Of a DNA stretch of 64,000 nt, positions 12,613 to 26,260 are shown one piece after another; the first letter of the stretch is position 1, and every line of letters begins with the position of its first letter. The notes beneath the pieces are model-generated. The model was not told where the DNA came from. It searched no databases and was given only the letters and a program-made list of their open reading frames with translations. The DNA lies in the NCBI GenBank assembly GCA_964016885.1, contig OZ024743.1, positions 120,652,001-120,716,000 on the forward strand, in the 5' to 3' direction. The position numbers and the translations under genes were made by a program. The DNA is from Eledone cirrhosa. Lineage: Eukaryota.

Positions 12613-14100
12613 GAATATCTGCTCAAGATCAAAGCTTGTTAAGTCGGAAATACCAAGCCAATGTGGTGAGAAATAGAGTAGATCAAACGCGGCGATTCTG
12701 CAATGATGAAATTGAAACAGTAGACCCGTAATCTCTGGATGTAAAGTTTTAGGACTAGTAGAGCATAAATCAAGGCATGAAAGAGTTATCCAATATCTAC
12801 AGTGGTTAATATATCGGCATTATAAAATCAAAACGGCTGACAAGCGGCATAAGTATCACTTTGAGGCTGCAACTGAAGGAGAAAATGTAACAGTTCTTTG
12901 GAACTTTCATGTACATACAGACAGAACCATCGAAGCCAACAAACCGGATATTACAGTAAAATACCAAAATAACAAAGTATGTTTATTGTTTAATATGAGC
13001 ATCCCATATGATTACAATATTGCGGCAAAAGAATTTGGCAAGCTCAGAAAATATATAGATGAGCTCATTGAAATTGAAAAAAATGTGGCATCTCAAGGTA
13101 GTTACAATAATAATTGTTTCTACTTTTGGCACAAGGCCAGCAATTACCCAGTGCATTACTGGTACTTTATTTTAGCGACTCCGTAAGGATGAAAGGCAAA
13201 GTAAACCTCGGCGGGATTTGAACTCAGAATGGCAAGGACCGTAACTCTATGCGTCAAAGCATGGCGTCCGACCCTCTACCGATGCTGCCAATCTCTACTG
13301 CAATTAAAGTCGCAAAGAATATCAAAGTTTTTGCAAAATATGAATGCCAAAACTGCACTAAATGGGAGCAAAAACCACTGAATGGGCAATATGTTCTCCG
13401 TAGCAAAGAAGCTGATGTAGATCAAACTTTCGTCCATCAGTTGCTGCCGAGTTATGGGCAAAAGGCAGAGAGTGAGGGCTTCATTTAGGTTGAACAAGAC
13501 TAGTGTCTTCCAACGCGCTACTTTCAAGCCAATGTGATCAGAAATGGAATTGACCAAAAGTGTCGAATCTATGATGAGCATGTTGAGACCATAGACGCCT
13601 GATTACAGGCTGCAAGGAATATAAAATGAGGCATGATAGAGTGGGGAAATACTTACACTGGATAATGTGTAGGTTTTAAGGTCTGAAAATGAAGGGAAAA
13701 TGATACAACTATCACGCAGATGCAGAAACAGGAAGCGAGAATGCAACAATCCTCCGGGATGTCCCTGTGAATACTGACAGAACAACCAAGGCCAACAGAG
13801 ATGAAATAATTGTGAAGGACCATAAAGAGAAAACATGTTTCTTAACTGACATGAGCATTCCATCAGATTGTAATATCTCATCGAGTTCGGAAAACTCAGT
13901 AAGTATAAAGATATATCAATTGAAACTGAGAAAATGTGGCATCTTAAAGACTGTACAATACCAGTGATAGTTGGCGCACTCGAAAACGGGTACTGAAAAA
14001 TATTTGAACCGGATACCTGGAAATACATCGGTTCAAGAAATATAGAAAATAGTGCTGACTGGTACTGCCCATGTCCTGGGAAGGGCAATATCATTTAACA
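12613..14100 (+). mobile_element. Two R4/Dong-like (RLE) LINE 3' fragments
   Basis: AQDQSL..CRFC..ET..ISGC..RH, LWNFHVHTDRTIEANKPDI, SIPYD..KE..KL.KY..EIEKMWHLK; second copy 13296-14100 ends IPVIVGAL..KIVLTGTAHVL. Confidence 0.85.
13106..13296 (-). mobile_element. tRNA-derived SINE family A, full length (short form)
   Basis: Reverse complement of the 17412 copy; A box TGGCAGCATCGG, B box GAGTTCAAATCCC. Confidence 0.95.
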
Positions 14101-14229
14101 AAACTTTGCAATGACATTGATTGTTGTTTGTGCCTTTGTGGCATCATTTGTGTGACAATTGATTGCAAAATATCTGTACTATCAAATGTTGCCTCAAGTG
14201 TCAGGTTGACTCTCGGCATGATTTGAGAA

Positions 14230-15050
14230 AGAAGCAGAACTCAAAGGAAATATGAAATCATAATAAAAAACAATAATAATGTACGTTTCCAACAAAATCA
14301 GATGAGATTCTCTCAGGAGATAAATGGTATAGTTAGGAATGATGTAATTCCTGATGCGGATTAAAGTAAGTTGTTTTGGAGTGATATCTGTAGTATAGGA
14401 AAAGAGTATAATAGAAGTGTGGAGTGGCTGACTAACATTAAAAATGACATTGGGGATAATCAACAGGGAGAATTGGAGATAACAGCTGATATGGTAAATA
14501 TCCAGCGTAGAAAGATACCATATTTGGAAAGCTCCAGGCAACTTTTCAATGTTCAATAGATATGATAATTATGTAATTATGGAACAAGTCACAATTGAGA
14601 TAACTGAAGTACACGATCAAGAGGACACACAAAGTATTACAGGTGACGAAATTGAAAGTGATGAGATGGATGAATAGAATGCTAGGATTGTAGAAAGACT
14701 CAAGATATAGCATGAACAAAAGAAACCTTGGCTTTTCAATATCTTCTATGGTAGAATAGGAGTATTGATAAGTGAAACTGCCAAGGTCAATATTGCGGTA
14801 TCAGCAGCTTAGGTACCTTGTAAGAGAAAGGCTAAGTAGGAAGCGTGGAAAAAGAAGGCGAACTTGGCTGAGCCATGGTGGATACATTCTACGTGAAATA
14901 GAATAAAAATTCCACATCAAGGGCAATTGAAAAACATGTGGGAGAGAGATAGAGAAATACTAGATAATGAGGAATGTTAAAATGTGAAAGGATTGAAGGT
15001 TGTAATAAAGTAATTAATGCAGAGTATTACTACTAAGGATATCAGCTTAA
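14230..15050 (+). mobile_element. R4/Dong-like LINE N-terminal/pre-RT relics
   Basis: [39 protein letters not shown]; later KKANLAEPWW. Confidence 0.6.
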
Positions 15051-16299
15051 TATGTATTTGGCCAACTATGCATGGAGATAAATACATCAACAATAGAAAT
15101 ATGGGCAAATTTCGAAGTTTGACCCTATTACAATACATCTAGGGAAGAACGTTGAAACACGAAATGTTAACGCTATAGAGACACATATCTCAATGTCAGC
15201 GTCCAAAATAAAAGTAACATTAAAAGAGATCGATGGACTAACTGAGACTACGTTGAGACGTTTCATGTATTCTAAAAAGCAGCACTGTATCAAAACCACA
15301 TGAGATACATATGAACAATGGAGAAAAAAGATATGAGGAAACATATTACAGTAAACACAATAGAAACTCCATGAGGAATTGTGTGAGAAAATCTGACGAG
15401 CCTAAAAATTAAATTATACTAACATATAGCCAGAATTCACATACCAAGTAATACAAAAGGCTAACCACACCACATAAAACCCACAGAAAGGAAAGCAACA
15501 CAACAGAGGTGATCACCAATGCATAACGTGAGAACCCCTACCAAAGTGAAAATACAAAGGAACTGTCCATGCAATGAACTATTAGCACAATATAGCAAAT
15601 CAAAACAGATACAGAACTGAATCGTCAGAAGAAAATGAAGACCAAAGAAACACACTATCAAATACACAGTCACATTAAAAATATACCTTTAAACTCACAC
15701 CTAACAACAAATTATAACACCACACCACAGAATTACTATTGAGGAGGATTGAACAAAAGCAATAATGAAAAAGAAAAGATCATTGATAAATTTGTTTCTC
15801 ATGGTAAGCCATCATTAACGGTTTAAGTAAAATTTGAGAAAGGTGAGCTTAGAAAAGGAGGTTCTGTTGCCAAGTAAATTGTATGTATGATGACTGAGTG
15901 TGACACAATCGACTAGGGTAAATGGACCCACATTAACTATAAAGCTGTAGGCTGGCTGGTGTACTAGAGTAAGCTGGAAATATGCACGGATGGCGTTCCG
16001 AAACCGAATGAGGCTGCTTCCCCGCCTAAGGACCGTTTTTATACTTTTATTATGTAATATTATTTCAATTTATTATTACTGATTTATTTATGTATCTATA
16101 TTATTGTTCAGCTCACCTTTCACTCGATGTAAATACCAAACAGGTTCTTGTTTCTTGTTTTCCTATGCATTGTGATTGAGGAGGATATTGGGGTAAAACT
16201 GGCGAAGGTCTTAAATGTGGAAAAGAGCACATTAACCAAAGAGAAAAGGGATCAAGAAAAGCAGATGAGCTGATCTCCAAACCTAAACAATAGTTTAAA

Positions 16300-16980
16300 A
16301 GGGTACAGTCAAACATTCAAACCAGCTGCTGGTGTCGTTTTGGCTCCTGTTGGAGTGCTTCTTGTTCATATGGCTTTCTTGCTTACAACGACGTTGTGCT
16401 TGCTTTATTTTGGCTTTTGTTTGATTTTGGCCAAGCCAAGCATTCGTGTTTTGGAGGTTAGTTAATTCATTTTACCTTAACCCCCCCTTTTTCTTTCTTC
16501 GATGGTCGCTCCTCTTTCTCCCATTTTTGGAAGTTCTTGGGTCGCCTTTAACATTTTCTTCATTTGAGGGATCGAATTATGCTGATTGTGGCTCCAAGCA
16601 GTTTCTTGTTTTCATTGTTGATTTTGTATGTCTGAATAGTTGAGGTAGTCTTGTTGCTGTTGGTGCTGGTGTTGCTACTGAAATTTCCTTTCAGCCGTCA
16701 GCGTATTGATAACAGTAGTTGCGAAGGGAGATCATTGTATACACGTCTTTTCCATAGTAGAGCAGTATTCTCTGAGGGGGTCTACGTTACCACAAATGTA
16801 GCATCTAGGTTTTCCACCCTCGTTACACCCACATCTACGTGCGTGTACGAGTGTTTGATAGATACACATTTTCGTAGGTAGATGGATCTCTCGTGCGTTC
16901 GATCTCTCTGGTGCGTCTCCTCTCATAGCTTCTGTATGTTTTGGCTCATAAGCCACTGCTCAAACTGGGACACGGTAAGA
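16300..16980 (-). mobile_element. LINE ORF1 (gag-like) relic with degenerate zinc knuckle
   Basis: EGGKPRCYICGNVDPLREYC fits CX2CX4(H>P)X4C; followed by Q/T/K-rich low-complexity sequence. Confidence 0.55.
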
Positions 16981-17411
16981 TCATATTTCGGTATACAAGA
17001 ATGAACAATATGGTGTTGGAAACATCAGAAATCAAAGTTGTGTGCAGCATACTGAATGAATAATATATAGTTAAATGTGAACTCATTGATCAGAACAGGT
17101 CAGTTTGCTTGTAACTTGGAATCTAGAGAAGGTAGTCATGCTGATCATGACCAGTGTCACTATGCTGACTATGTAGAAGGAAGTCATATGTTGGTTACTA
17201 TTGAAAGATTTGAAGACAGGGATTTTCCTCGCAAAACATTCTCTCATCAGCCTCTTCAAGTATCATTTAAGGAGATAGTAAGAGTTGAAATAGTCCTAGG
17301 TTGTGGTTGATGAAAAGGATCATGCGATGTGGTATCTCCCTCATTTAACGAAATCCACTTTCTACTTTTTTTATATACTGTTTCTTCTATTTATTATTTC
17401 ATATGTATTAA

Positions 17412-17603
17412 AGGCAGTGGATTGGCAGTATCGGTAGAGGGTCGGACGCCATGCTTTGACGTATAGAGTTACGGTCCTTGCCATTCTGAGTTCAAATCCC
17501 GCCGAGGTTAACTTTGCCTTTCATCCTTACGGGGTCGATAAAATAAAGTACCAGTAATGCACTGGGTAATTGCTGGCCTTGTGCCAAAAGTAGAAACAAT
17601 TAT
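17412..17603 (+). mobile_element. tRNA-derived SINE family A with 19-bp TSD
   Basis: A box TGGCAGTATCGG, B box GAGTTCAAATCCC, core TTTGCCTTTCATCCTTACGGGGTCGATAAAATAAAGTACCAG (resembles the Deu/Nin-type core); TSD ATTATTTCATATGTATTAA at 17393-17411 and 17599-17617. Confidence 0.97.
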
Positions 17604-17734
17604 TTCATATGTATTAATGTCTTTATTGTTATAGCTTTACAGCAGTTTACCGTGTTTTGTTTGTTGATTTTCTTAATATTTCACTCTTGTCCTGTCTTCT
17701 TGTGGTCAATAAAGAAAATTATTATTATTATCAT

Positions 17735-17927
17735 GTGGATTGGCAGTATCAGTAGAGGGTCGGACGCCATGATTTGCAGCATAGAGTAACGGCCCTTTAC
17801 ATTCTCAGTTCAAATCCCTGCGAAGTTAACTTTGCCTTTCATCCTTACGGGGTCGTTAAAATAAAATACCAGTAATGCACAGAGGTAATTGATGGCCTGG
17901 TGCCAAAAGTAGAAACAATTATTATTA
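17735..17927 (+). mobile_element. SINE family A (short form)
   Basis: Same head, core and tail as 17412. Confidence 0.95.
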
Positions 17928-18123
17928 GTCATATTCTTTGCGTGTTGTCACTGTATAACCAAACACAGCTCTGTGCACCTTGGGTATATGCAGTGCAGTT
18001 TTTGGTGTTTTTTCTATTGTATTAAGTGTACTGTTCGTTATATGTGTGCAGTGCCTATTATTATTTTTTGTCCTGCTTTGGTTATGCGTCTGTCTGTGTT
18101 TATTATTATTGTTACTATTATTA

Positions 18124-18335
18124 GGGCGGCGGATTGGCAGTATTGGCAGTATCGGACACTATGTTTTGTGGCATAGAGTTATGGCCCTTTAAGTTCTGAG
18201 TAAAAATCTCTCCGAGGTTAACTTTGCCTTTCATCCTTATGGGTTCGATAAAATAAAGCACCAGTAATGCACTGGGGTCGATTTAATCGACTTTCCCCTC
18301 TCCTCAAATTGCTGGCATTGTGCCTATAGTAGAAA
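18124..18335 (+). mobile_element. SINE family A (long form)
   Basis: Includes the GGGGTCGATTTAATCGACTTTCCCC segment; followed by (CAT)n/(GTT)n. Confidence 0.93.
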
Positions 18336-18980
18336 TCATCATCATCATCATCAGTATTGTTATTGTTGTTATTGTTCCTGTTGGTGTCGCTGTTGTTGTT
18401 GTTGTTGTTGTTGTTGTTGATGATGTTGCTAACATCGAACGTGCGGGCATTTTTTATTTTATTTTTTGACATTTGATTTAATAAAGAATTTCCGTTTTGT
18501 GTACTTACAAATACGGAACTCTGGAGTTTTTGGAGACCTCCCCTATAATCGTGTTGTTTTTTTCCATAGTTTGTAAGCATAAATGTAAAACCATGAAGAC
18601 TATATCAAATATAAACGGAAAAAGTAAAGGAAATAATGTAAAAACACGATTTATAATGAAACAAAAACGAAAATGAAAGGGAAAAGTGCATTAATTTTCA
18701 CAGCCCAATGAACAAGGAAAAATTTAGATACACAATGTTGAAGATGACATTAGAAATAACAACAGCAATAACAACAACAACAGCGATAGCATGTCTGAAA
18801 TTTAGACAATAGTTTTGCAACTTTTATTTGTATAAGGGAAAAATTAGATTTAAATGAAATTTTGCAAAATTAATTATATTGGCCAAATTATGTAGAATGG
18901 CAGCGTCTCTCCTAACTCGGGTAAAAAAGGAGCGCAGTGTGTTTATTGAAAATGGCAGGGGAGTTTAGCTTCATTCTAAA

Positions 18981-19202
18981 TAATTGTTTCTACTTTAGGC
19001 ACAATGCCAGGAATTTGAAGGGAAGGGGAAAGTCGATTAAATCGACACCAGTGCATTAGTAGTGCTTTATTTAGCGACCCTGTAAGGTTGAAAGGCAAAG
19101 CTAACTTCGGTGGGATTAGAACTCAGAAAATAAAGGGCCGTAACTCTATGCCGCGAAGCATTGTGTCCGACGCTCTACCGATACTGCCAATCCACCACCC
19201 TC
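18981..19202 (-). mobile_element. SINE family A (long form) with 12-bp TSD
   Basis: Reverse complement copy; TSD ATTCTAAATAAT at 18973-18984 and 19206-19217. Confidence 0.95.
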
Positions 19203-20239
19203 TTTATTCTAAATAATAGTTGAAAGATTAGTTATGATACGTATGGAGTGAAATACTCGGCATTCAGCGAATGAATGTCTATGGAACTGTATGTTTTCAA
19301 TCTAGAAATAAAGAAAAATACTAAACTGGAGACAAGCTAACATTGTGAGGCTTAAATACTAGTGTCATATTATATGTGAGTGACAAACAGAAATGCGATT
19401 AACAAAAGGACATCGGCCTTCTTGTCTTCTTTGTAGTGTAATGATCAATGCAGAAGCGATGAACGGAGATAAGTGAGTGGGGGAAGTGTTTTAACATTGA
19501 CATATATGTTTTAATGAGCCCTTAAAACTATAGAACCATATCCGAGCTGTGTAGAAACAAAGAGCATAACACTGGGAGCAAGAGGCATTTAAGTACCTTT
19601 TGCTCTGAAGTGTTGGAAACACGAAGAAGAGTAAGTGGCGTAGAGGAACAAGTTCCCATCCATATAGAACGATCCGTCACAACTTTCGAGGCTGAGGTTT
19701 TAGTAACATCACCACCCGTACCACAAGTTGCAACTCCAAGATTGAATAGAAATTTCTTAGTCTTATATGTGACACATTTTGTGGCATTGATAGTGAAAGC
19801 ACTGTTTCGTGAATCTTGTTTATTGGTTTGACGAGTTCATAACTTCGTAAGTTCAAATTTATTTCAAATATTTCATTTTGTTTGTGGGAAAAATGCGATA
19901 CATTACGTACCAATATTTACCCAATTGTGGTAATTGCTACCAAATCTACTACATTAAGGTTCTAGCCATAGTTGATTCCCTACTAGTTTAATATTAAGAA
20001 CGTCTTATAAGTAGACATATAAACATATTACATTACCGAATAGTATCTTTGTTACGTAGATGCTTGGAAATAATCAATTTGATTTTAGTTTTGCCATCTC
20101 TTCTATTGAAAGGACCCGATACATCAGTCTAAGAGAATATCATATTTCACCAGCAGGAGTCACAAACGTCAGTCCCAGAAAAATGATATATCATATGAAA
20201 ATGGCTTCGTCATTTCTTACCTTTTGCTATCTGTTACAG

Positions 20240-20335
20240 CTCAAACAACAGAAAGATCAGTAGAAAATTCTACTGCTATAATAAATGATCAAGAAGACAT
20301 GATAGATGAAGATCCAGAACAAATAGAAACTAAAC
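20240..20335 (+). CDS. Candidate 96-nt symmetric (phase 1-1) internal exon of an unidentified host gene
   Basis: CTTTTGCTATCTGTTACAG| ... AAAC|GTAAGT; open frame xQTTERSVENSTAIINDQEDMIDEDPEQIETK. Confidence 0.55.
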
Positions 20336-21364
20336 GTAAGTCAATTCGCACCCACGAGATATTAGATCTACTACGTAGGTAATCCCACTCCCTGTTATAA
20401 TAAATATATAATTCTATATCTATCAGCTTGACACAGACTTATGCTTCCTGTTTGGCAAATAATTATATATTTGTTAGCTATTGCCTAATGTTCTCATGCA
20501 AAATGCAGATATTGCACTTATAAGAATGCACATAAATCACCAGGCATATGACACCCTACTTTGTCGCTTCAATCATAGAAAAACAAGGCTAATAATAAAT
20601 AGAAAAGAAAATATCATTTTTTTTCTTTAGTGAAGCACATTGCAAATGATTCCATTTTATGATCATTGGTAATTTCAGCTTCATCGATTATTTTTTACAT
20701 AATCGTATGATCAAGTTGAAAATATAGTTCAATTTGTGAAATTTAAATTTCTTTATAATATATCTAATTATAGATGGATCTAAATTATTTTCAATAAATC
20801 TGAATTAGATTGTGGCGTGATCCTGTCTTTTTCAAGAGCTTTAGTAATGTAGGTAACATAAACAATTTATAGCCTAGAATTTAAATTGAGTTGTGGAAAC
20901 ATTTTACCTAAGGTTTACTCTTATATGGTTCTCGCTACTCATATAATACTAAATATGGTGATTGCTACTTCTTATACAATTTTCGTAATGAATATTTCAA
21001 GATATTGATTATGACCGCTTACATTGCATACCAAGCACTCATTTTCTTACATAGTTATAAATAAATTAAGTAGATATCGTCAAATCTATAGTGTTCCAAT
21101 ATTTAGGTCACTGAATTCTAAGATTTAAATTCAAATGCCATTAGTGTTGAACGCATTTCTTTCCATATTTGCTAACAAAATGTACGTCAGTATTACACTA
21201 GCATGAACTTATTGTTCGTACTACTCTCCCTGCTAAAATCTACCGTGACAAAGATTCTATTCGGTATAGCGGTCGGGAGTTTACATATCTCTATACCCAC
21301 ACAGAACCTCCCCATACATTGAATATTCCCATGATTAGTGGTCACTCCGGTCTCAGCACCGCAC

Positions 21365-21477
<113 letters not shown>

Positions 21478-21988
21478 ATAATTTGGGAAGGTCATGCTGC
21501 TAATAAATACACACGCACTTGTTGGTTTTCACTTAATTATAAATTCCCAGTCGGTTAGTTTAATAATCGTATTGTTGTTTATTTGTTGATTGTCAAAGCT
21601 CTTTTGTCACACATAGTGTGACCCCCTCAGTGATTACCTTTGTTATTTCTTGTCTCTCCTTTGTTTTGTCCTACACCATAAATATATACATATATATAAA
21701 AATATATACACATATATATAATACACATATATAAGTATAATATATACATATATACATACACACACATATATATATATAATATATATATATATTATCTAAT
21801 ACGCATATACAAGTATAATATACATTTCTGTAATGTTTGTTAGTTGTTATGTAATGAACTTTGGCAGACACGTATTCGTTAGATGGCGGGCCTAAGACAA
21901 AGGAATTACATAGCGTTGTTGACGTATTGGACCCGAAATTGTCCGATGTCTTGTGTCCGGATCTTACACAGCATGTCACATTTTACAG

Positions 21989-22066
<78 letters not shown>

Positions 22067-22112
22067 ATGACAAGCTTCTGCACATATTCCCTCTTCTCTC
22101 TTGGTATTATTT

Positions 22113-22297
22113 GTGGATTGGCAGTATCGGTAGAGGGTCGGACACCATGCTTTGACGTTTAGAGTTACGGCCCTTGCCATTCTGAGTTCAAATCCCGCCG
22201 AGGTTAACTTTGCCTTTCATCCTTATGGGGTTGATAAAATAAAGTACCAGTAATACACTGGGTAATTGCTGGCCTTGTGCCAAAAGTAGAAACAATT
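22113..22297 (+). mobile_element. SINE family A (short form)
   Basis: Nearly identical to the 17412 copy. Confidence 0.95.
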
Positions 22298-22387
22298 TAC
22301 ACATACATATATTATATAGTGAATGTGTTTGAATGATACACACAAAGGTACATACACAAAAATACGCTCGCGCATTCATACGTGCAA

Positions 22388-22862
22388 GCACACACACACA
22401 TACACACACACACGCACGCACACACAGACACACACGCACATACACACACATATACACACACATATATATATATGTGACGTATGTACGTATGTATGTATGT
22501 ATGTATGTATGTGTGTATGTATGTGTGTATGTATGTGTGTGTGTATGTATGTATGTGTGTATGTATGTGTGTCGGTATGTATGTGTGTGTGTATGTATGT
22601 ATGATTGTATGTATGTATTTATGTATGTATGTGTGTATGTATGTGTGTGTGTATGTATGTATGTATGTATGTATGTGTGTATGTATGTGTGTATGTATGT
22701 ATGTGTGTGTGTGTATGTGTGTATGTATGTATGTATGTATGTATGTATGTATGTATGTATGTATGCGTGTATGTATGTGTGTGTGTATGTATGTATGTAT
22801 GTATGTATGTGTGTATGTATATGTATGTGTGTGTGTATGTATGTGTGTATGTATGTACATAT
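22388..22862. repeat. (CA)n then (GTAT/GT)n compound microsatellite
   Basis: Direct reading. Confidence 0.95.
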
Positions 22863-23360
22863 ATTAGTCGGCGACTAAACCGGCAAGCCCACCAAGCTTG
22901 CTTAGTGAGGAGGATAATATTTGGACTGGACATCCTGCGGGATGAAACACAAGACCTGACGAAGTCGCGGAGGAACTCAGCAGAGTAAACGGCCATCCAA
23001 ATAGTACTTTTTTTTCTACCTGAGAGTGAAAGACCCCCAGGTGTTGTCACAGCACTTTTCTAAGAGGGAAACTATGAAACAAAAACGTGTGGCTTCGGAA
23101 ACATCCGATGATGTTGACCAGTTCTCCTTTTCGGGTAGTGTTTTCGATGCTGAGAGTGTGGGATTGATCAAGTGCAAGGCCTTTCCCCACTTAAAAAACC
23201 TTCAAAGCACAGGTATTGCTTGTTCAGGATATGTTACAGGTTTCACCATTTTCTGTAATCTGACAAGCGATTGTAATACTCTTAGCAGAGTTTACAGTCA
23301 CCAAATTATGTGTATATATTTAGAGAGAGAGAAATATATAGAGATAGATAGAGAGAGAGA

Positions 23361-23397
<37 letters not shown>

Positions 23398-24392
23398 GGA
23401 GAGAGAGAGGGAGAGATAGATTGATAGATAGATAGATAGATAGAGAGAGAGAGGGAGAGAGAGAGAAAGAGAGAGAAGGAGGAGAGATAGCTACTACTCT
23501 TCATATAGTATTATGTTCATAGGCGTTTGATCTAATATATATTTATGATATATATTTATGATTCGTGCGAAATGTTTTTCCACACAGCTATTCAACCTTT
23601 TCTTAAAAAGCCAATGTCAATTAGATAATTATTTCATTCTAAGTTGTTTCCACCGCCTTGTTTTGAAATATTCTCAAGATTAAATTGCTCAAACGATTAA
23701 TGGTAATTCTAATTCAGACTGCAATATTCAACATCCTAAAAATCTGGAAACGAAATAAAATAAATCTAACGAGATAGTATTGTTATACTCGCGAAAAACG
23801 ACACTGTCCTGTATACAAAACAATCTGTTTTCATTTGGAAGCTTTTCACATTTGGAATTAAATTCTGTATTAAGAAATCGTCTATTTTGATATGATTTCT
23901 TTTACTTCCTAACTATCAGTTTCATTTAAATTGAAAATTGGAAATGAATATAAAATACAAATTTCTGGAAAGCATTACAATATCGATATTTTGAAACTCA
24001 TCAATAAATGATTTCTCTAAATGTAGAAAAAAATATCTAACGCAAGACTAGCGAAGAATCTATAGATGTTAACTCTAACTAAAACGTTTAGAAAAGCAGT
24101 TTGAAGTTATGCTTATTCTGTGAGTTTAAAAGGATTCTTTATAAATTATTTACATAAAATCAGTGACATCATAATGAAATGGTATTTTGCAATCCATGCA
24201 AAAGATATTTATGCATTTTAATAAATTTTATTTGCAGACAATTATTAAATATTCTTTTTCTATAGATACACATATTATACATAATATTTAGCTTCATAAT
24301 GTAGGTTTTATTGCATGAGGAATATGATTGCTGAAAGGAAAAAAAACAAAATAACGCAATAAAATACTTAAAACATTAAATATAAAAATTGT

Positions 24393-24535
<143 letters not shown>

Positions 24536-24594
24536 ATGTATGTTTATATATAAACATACAAACATACATACATACCCATGCATATATATATATT

Positions 24595-24652
24595 TTGAGT
24601 ACAGAAATAGCCGTCGAAACGGCTTGAGCGTTATGGTCCATCTGGTTCCTTA
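24595..24652 (+). mobile_element. Tiny TA-flanked insert related to the 48834-48997 element
   Basis: Shares GAAACGGC(T/C)TGAGC and GCGTTATGGTCCA(T/C)CTGGTTCCTTA with 48877-48981. Confidence 0.75.
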
Positions 24653-24672
24653 TATATATATATATATATATA

Positions 24673-24727
24673 TAAGTATGCATGTATACGTACATACATA
24701 TATGTATACAGACGTACAGTAGCACGC

Positions 24728-24760
<33 letters not shown>

Positions 24761-25302
24761 TATGCATACAGGTACACATACATATATGCACGTATCAGTT
24801 TAGCGGACACTTATTATAACGCCGCTTTGTTCGTTTGTAAACAAACTGAACATCCTGAATTTATGCCATACGGTGTTAAGGCAACCACGTCACCTTTTTG
24901 TTCAACACTGACACAGGAACGATGTACTAGTTTCAAGCTTGTTAGCTATCATCAGCACCGTTTACCCATCTGCCAGATAGTTGAACGTTCGAAAGTATAT
25001 ACTTTCCTTATGAAAATTAACGGCTGAGCAGCCTAATTTGCATATTGAGTGAGTTAAATCGGTCAGGCATACCGAAAACGATAAATTGAAATAAAATGAA
25101 AACGAAATTTCATTTCTCACTCTTAGTATGGCACTTACTTAAATGTAAGTATGCATGTATACGTACATACATATATGTATACAGACGTACAGTAGCACGC
25201 ATATATATATATATGTGTATATATGTATATATATATCTATATATATATATACATATATACACATATATGCATACAGGTACACATACATATATGCATACAG
25301 GT

Positions 25303-25311
<9 letters not shown>
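24673..25311. repeat. About 120-bp direct repeat (24673-24790, 25146-25311) around about 350 bp of unique sequence
   Basis: TAAGTATGCATGTATACGTACATACATATATGTATACAGACGTACAGTAGCACGCATAT..ATGCATACAGGTACACATA occurs twice. Confidence 0.85.
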
Positions 25312-25347
<36 letters not shown>

Positions 25348-25359
25348 TATATATATATG

Positions 25360-25545
25360 TATTGTGGTTGCCGCAGGGCAGGTACCAGTATATATGTACT
25401 ATATATATTCGAACATGCGCTTCTTTATATCTTTCTTTCTTTTTATTAATCTTCCCTAAGTTTTCTTCTATTCCTTATTCTAACTCTTTTCGGAGTTTTC
25501 CTTTCAGATAAACGACTAGGGTTCGAAACGTTAAAACTTTGTCCA
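25360..25545 (+). mobile_element. PLE pseudo-LTR remnant
   Basis: CAGATAA-ACGACTAGGGTT-CGAAACGTTAAAAC is a decayed hammerhead-type motif with palindromic AACGTT; flanked by microsatellites. Confidence 0.45.
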
Positions 25546-25654
25546 CACATACACACACATATCTATATATACACACATGCACACACAAATATGCATATAT
25601 ATGCGCGTATGCATGTACATATATCCGTATATATGAATATATATATACATAGAT

Positions 25655-25704
<50 letters not shown>

Positions 25705-25799
25705 ATGTATACATACATGTGTGTGTATGCGTGTGTGTGTCTGTGTGTGTGTGCGTGCATATTTGTGTGTGTAGATCCAATCTTGATTAAGAGATCCTC

Positions 25800-26260
25800 T
25801 AAATATCTTTTCGATGTTACTTATGATTGTTTTTGGCTCAGCAGTAATAACGGATTTGATAAACCTCTACGTTCTACATATTAAAATACGGTACTATGGC
25901 GGAGGTGGTGAGTAATAAAGTAATTGTAAAGTTGTTATTACCAATGAAAATCCTCTTACATTGAAAGCATTAGAAAAACTCTGCTTGTATGTTTAGAGAC
26001 TTACTGAAACACCGAATCTTAGTGTTATTAACTTTCCAGATGTAACCTTGAAGTTAGAAAATCGAACGAGATACTCTATTACATAAATAAATTATCTAAA
26101 CAATACGGCACTTAGCATTTCTAGTCCATCAGCCAGAGAACAATTATCTTAATGGCCAGGTACCGTATTATAATGCAATAGGTTTACCAACATTTCACCC
26201 AGCTTTCTATTAATAAACGACCCAGTAATAGAAATAGATCTAGGAGCATAGAGTCGTATA
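25800..26260 (+). mobile_element. Penelope-like RT relic
   Basis: LTETPNLSVINFPDVTLKLEN resembles the PLE motif ITIETNLKVVNFLDVTLNL. Confidence 0.5.

Noticed and set aside
22950-23000. CTGACGA motif as a hammerhead
   Set aside because: No stem II-GAAA downstream; I could not build the fold.
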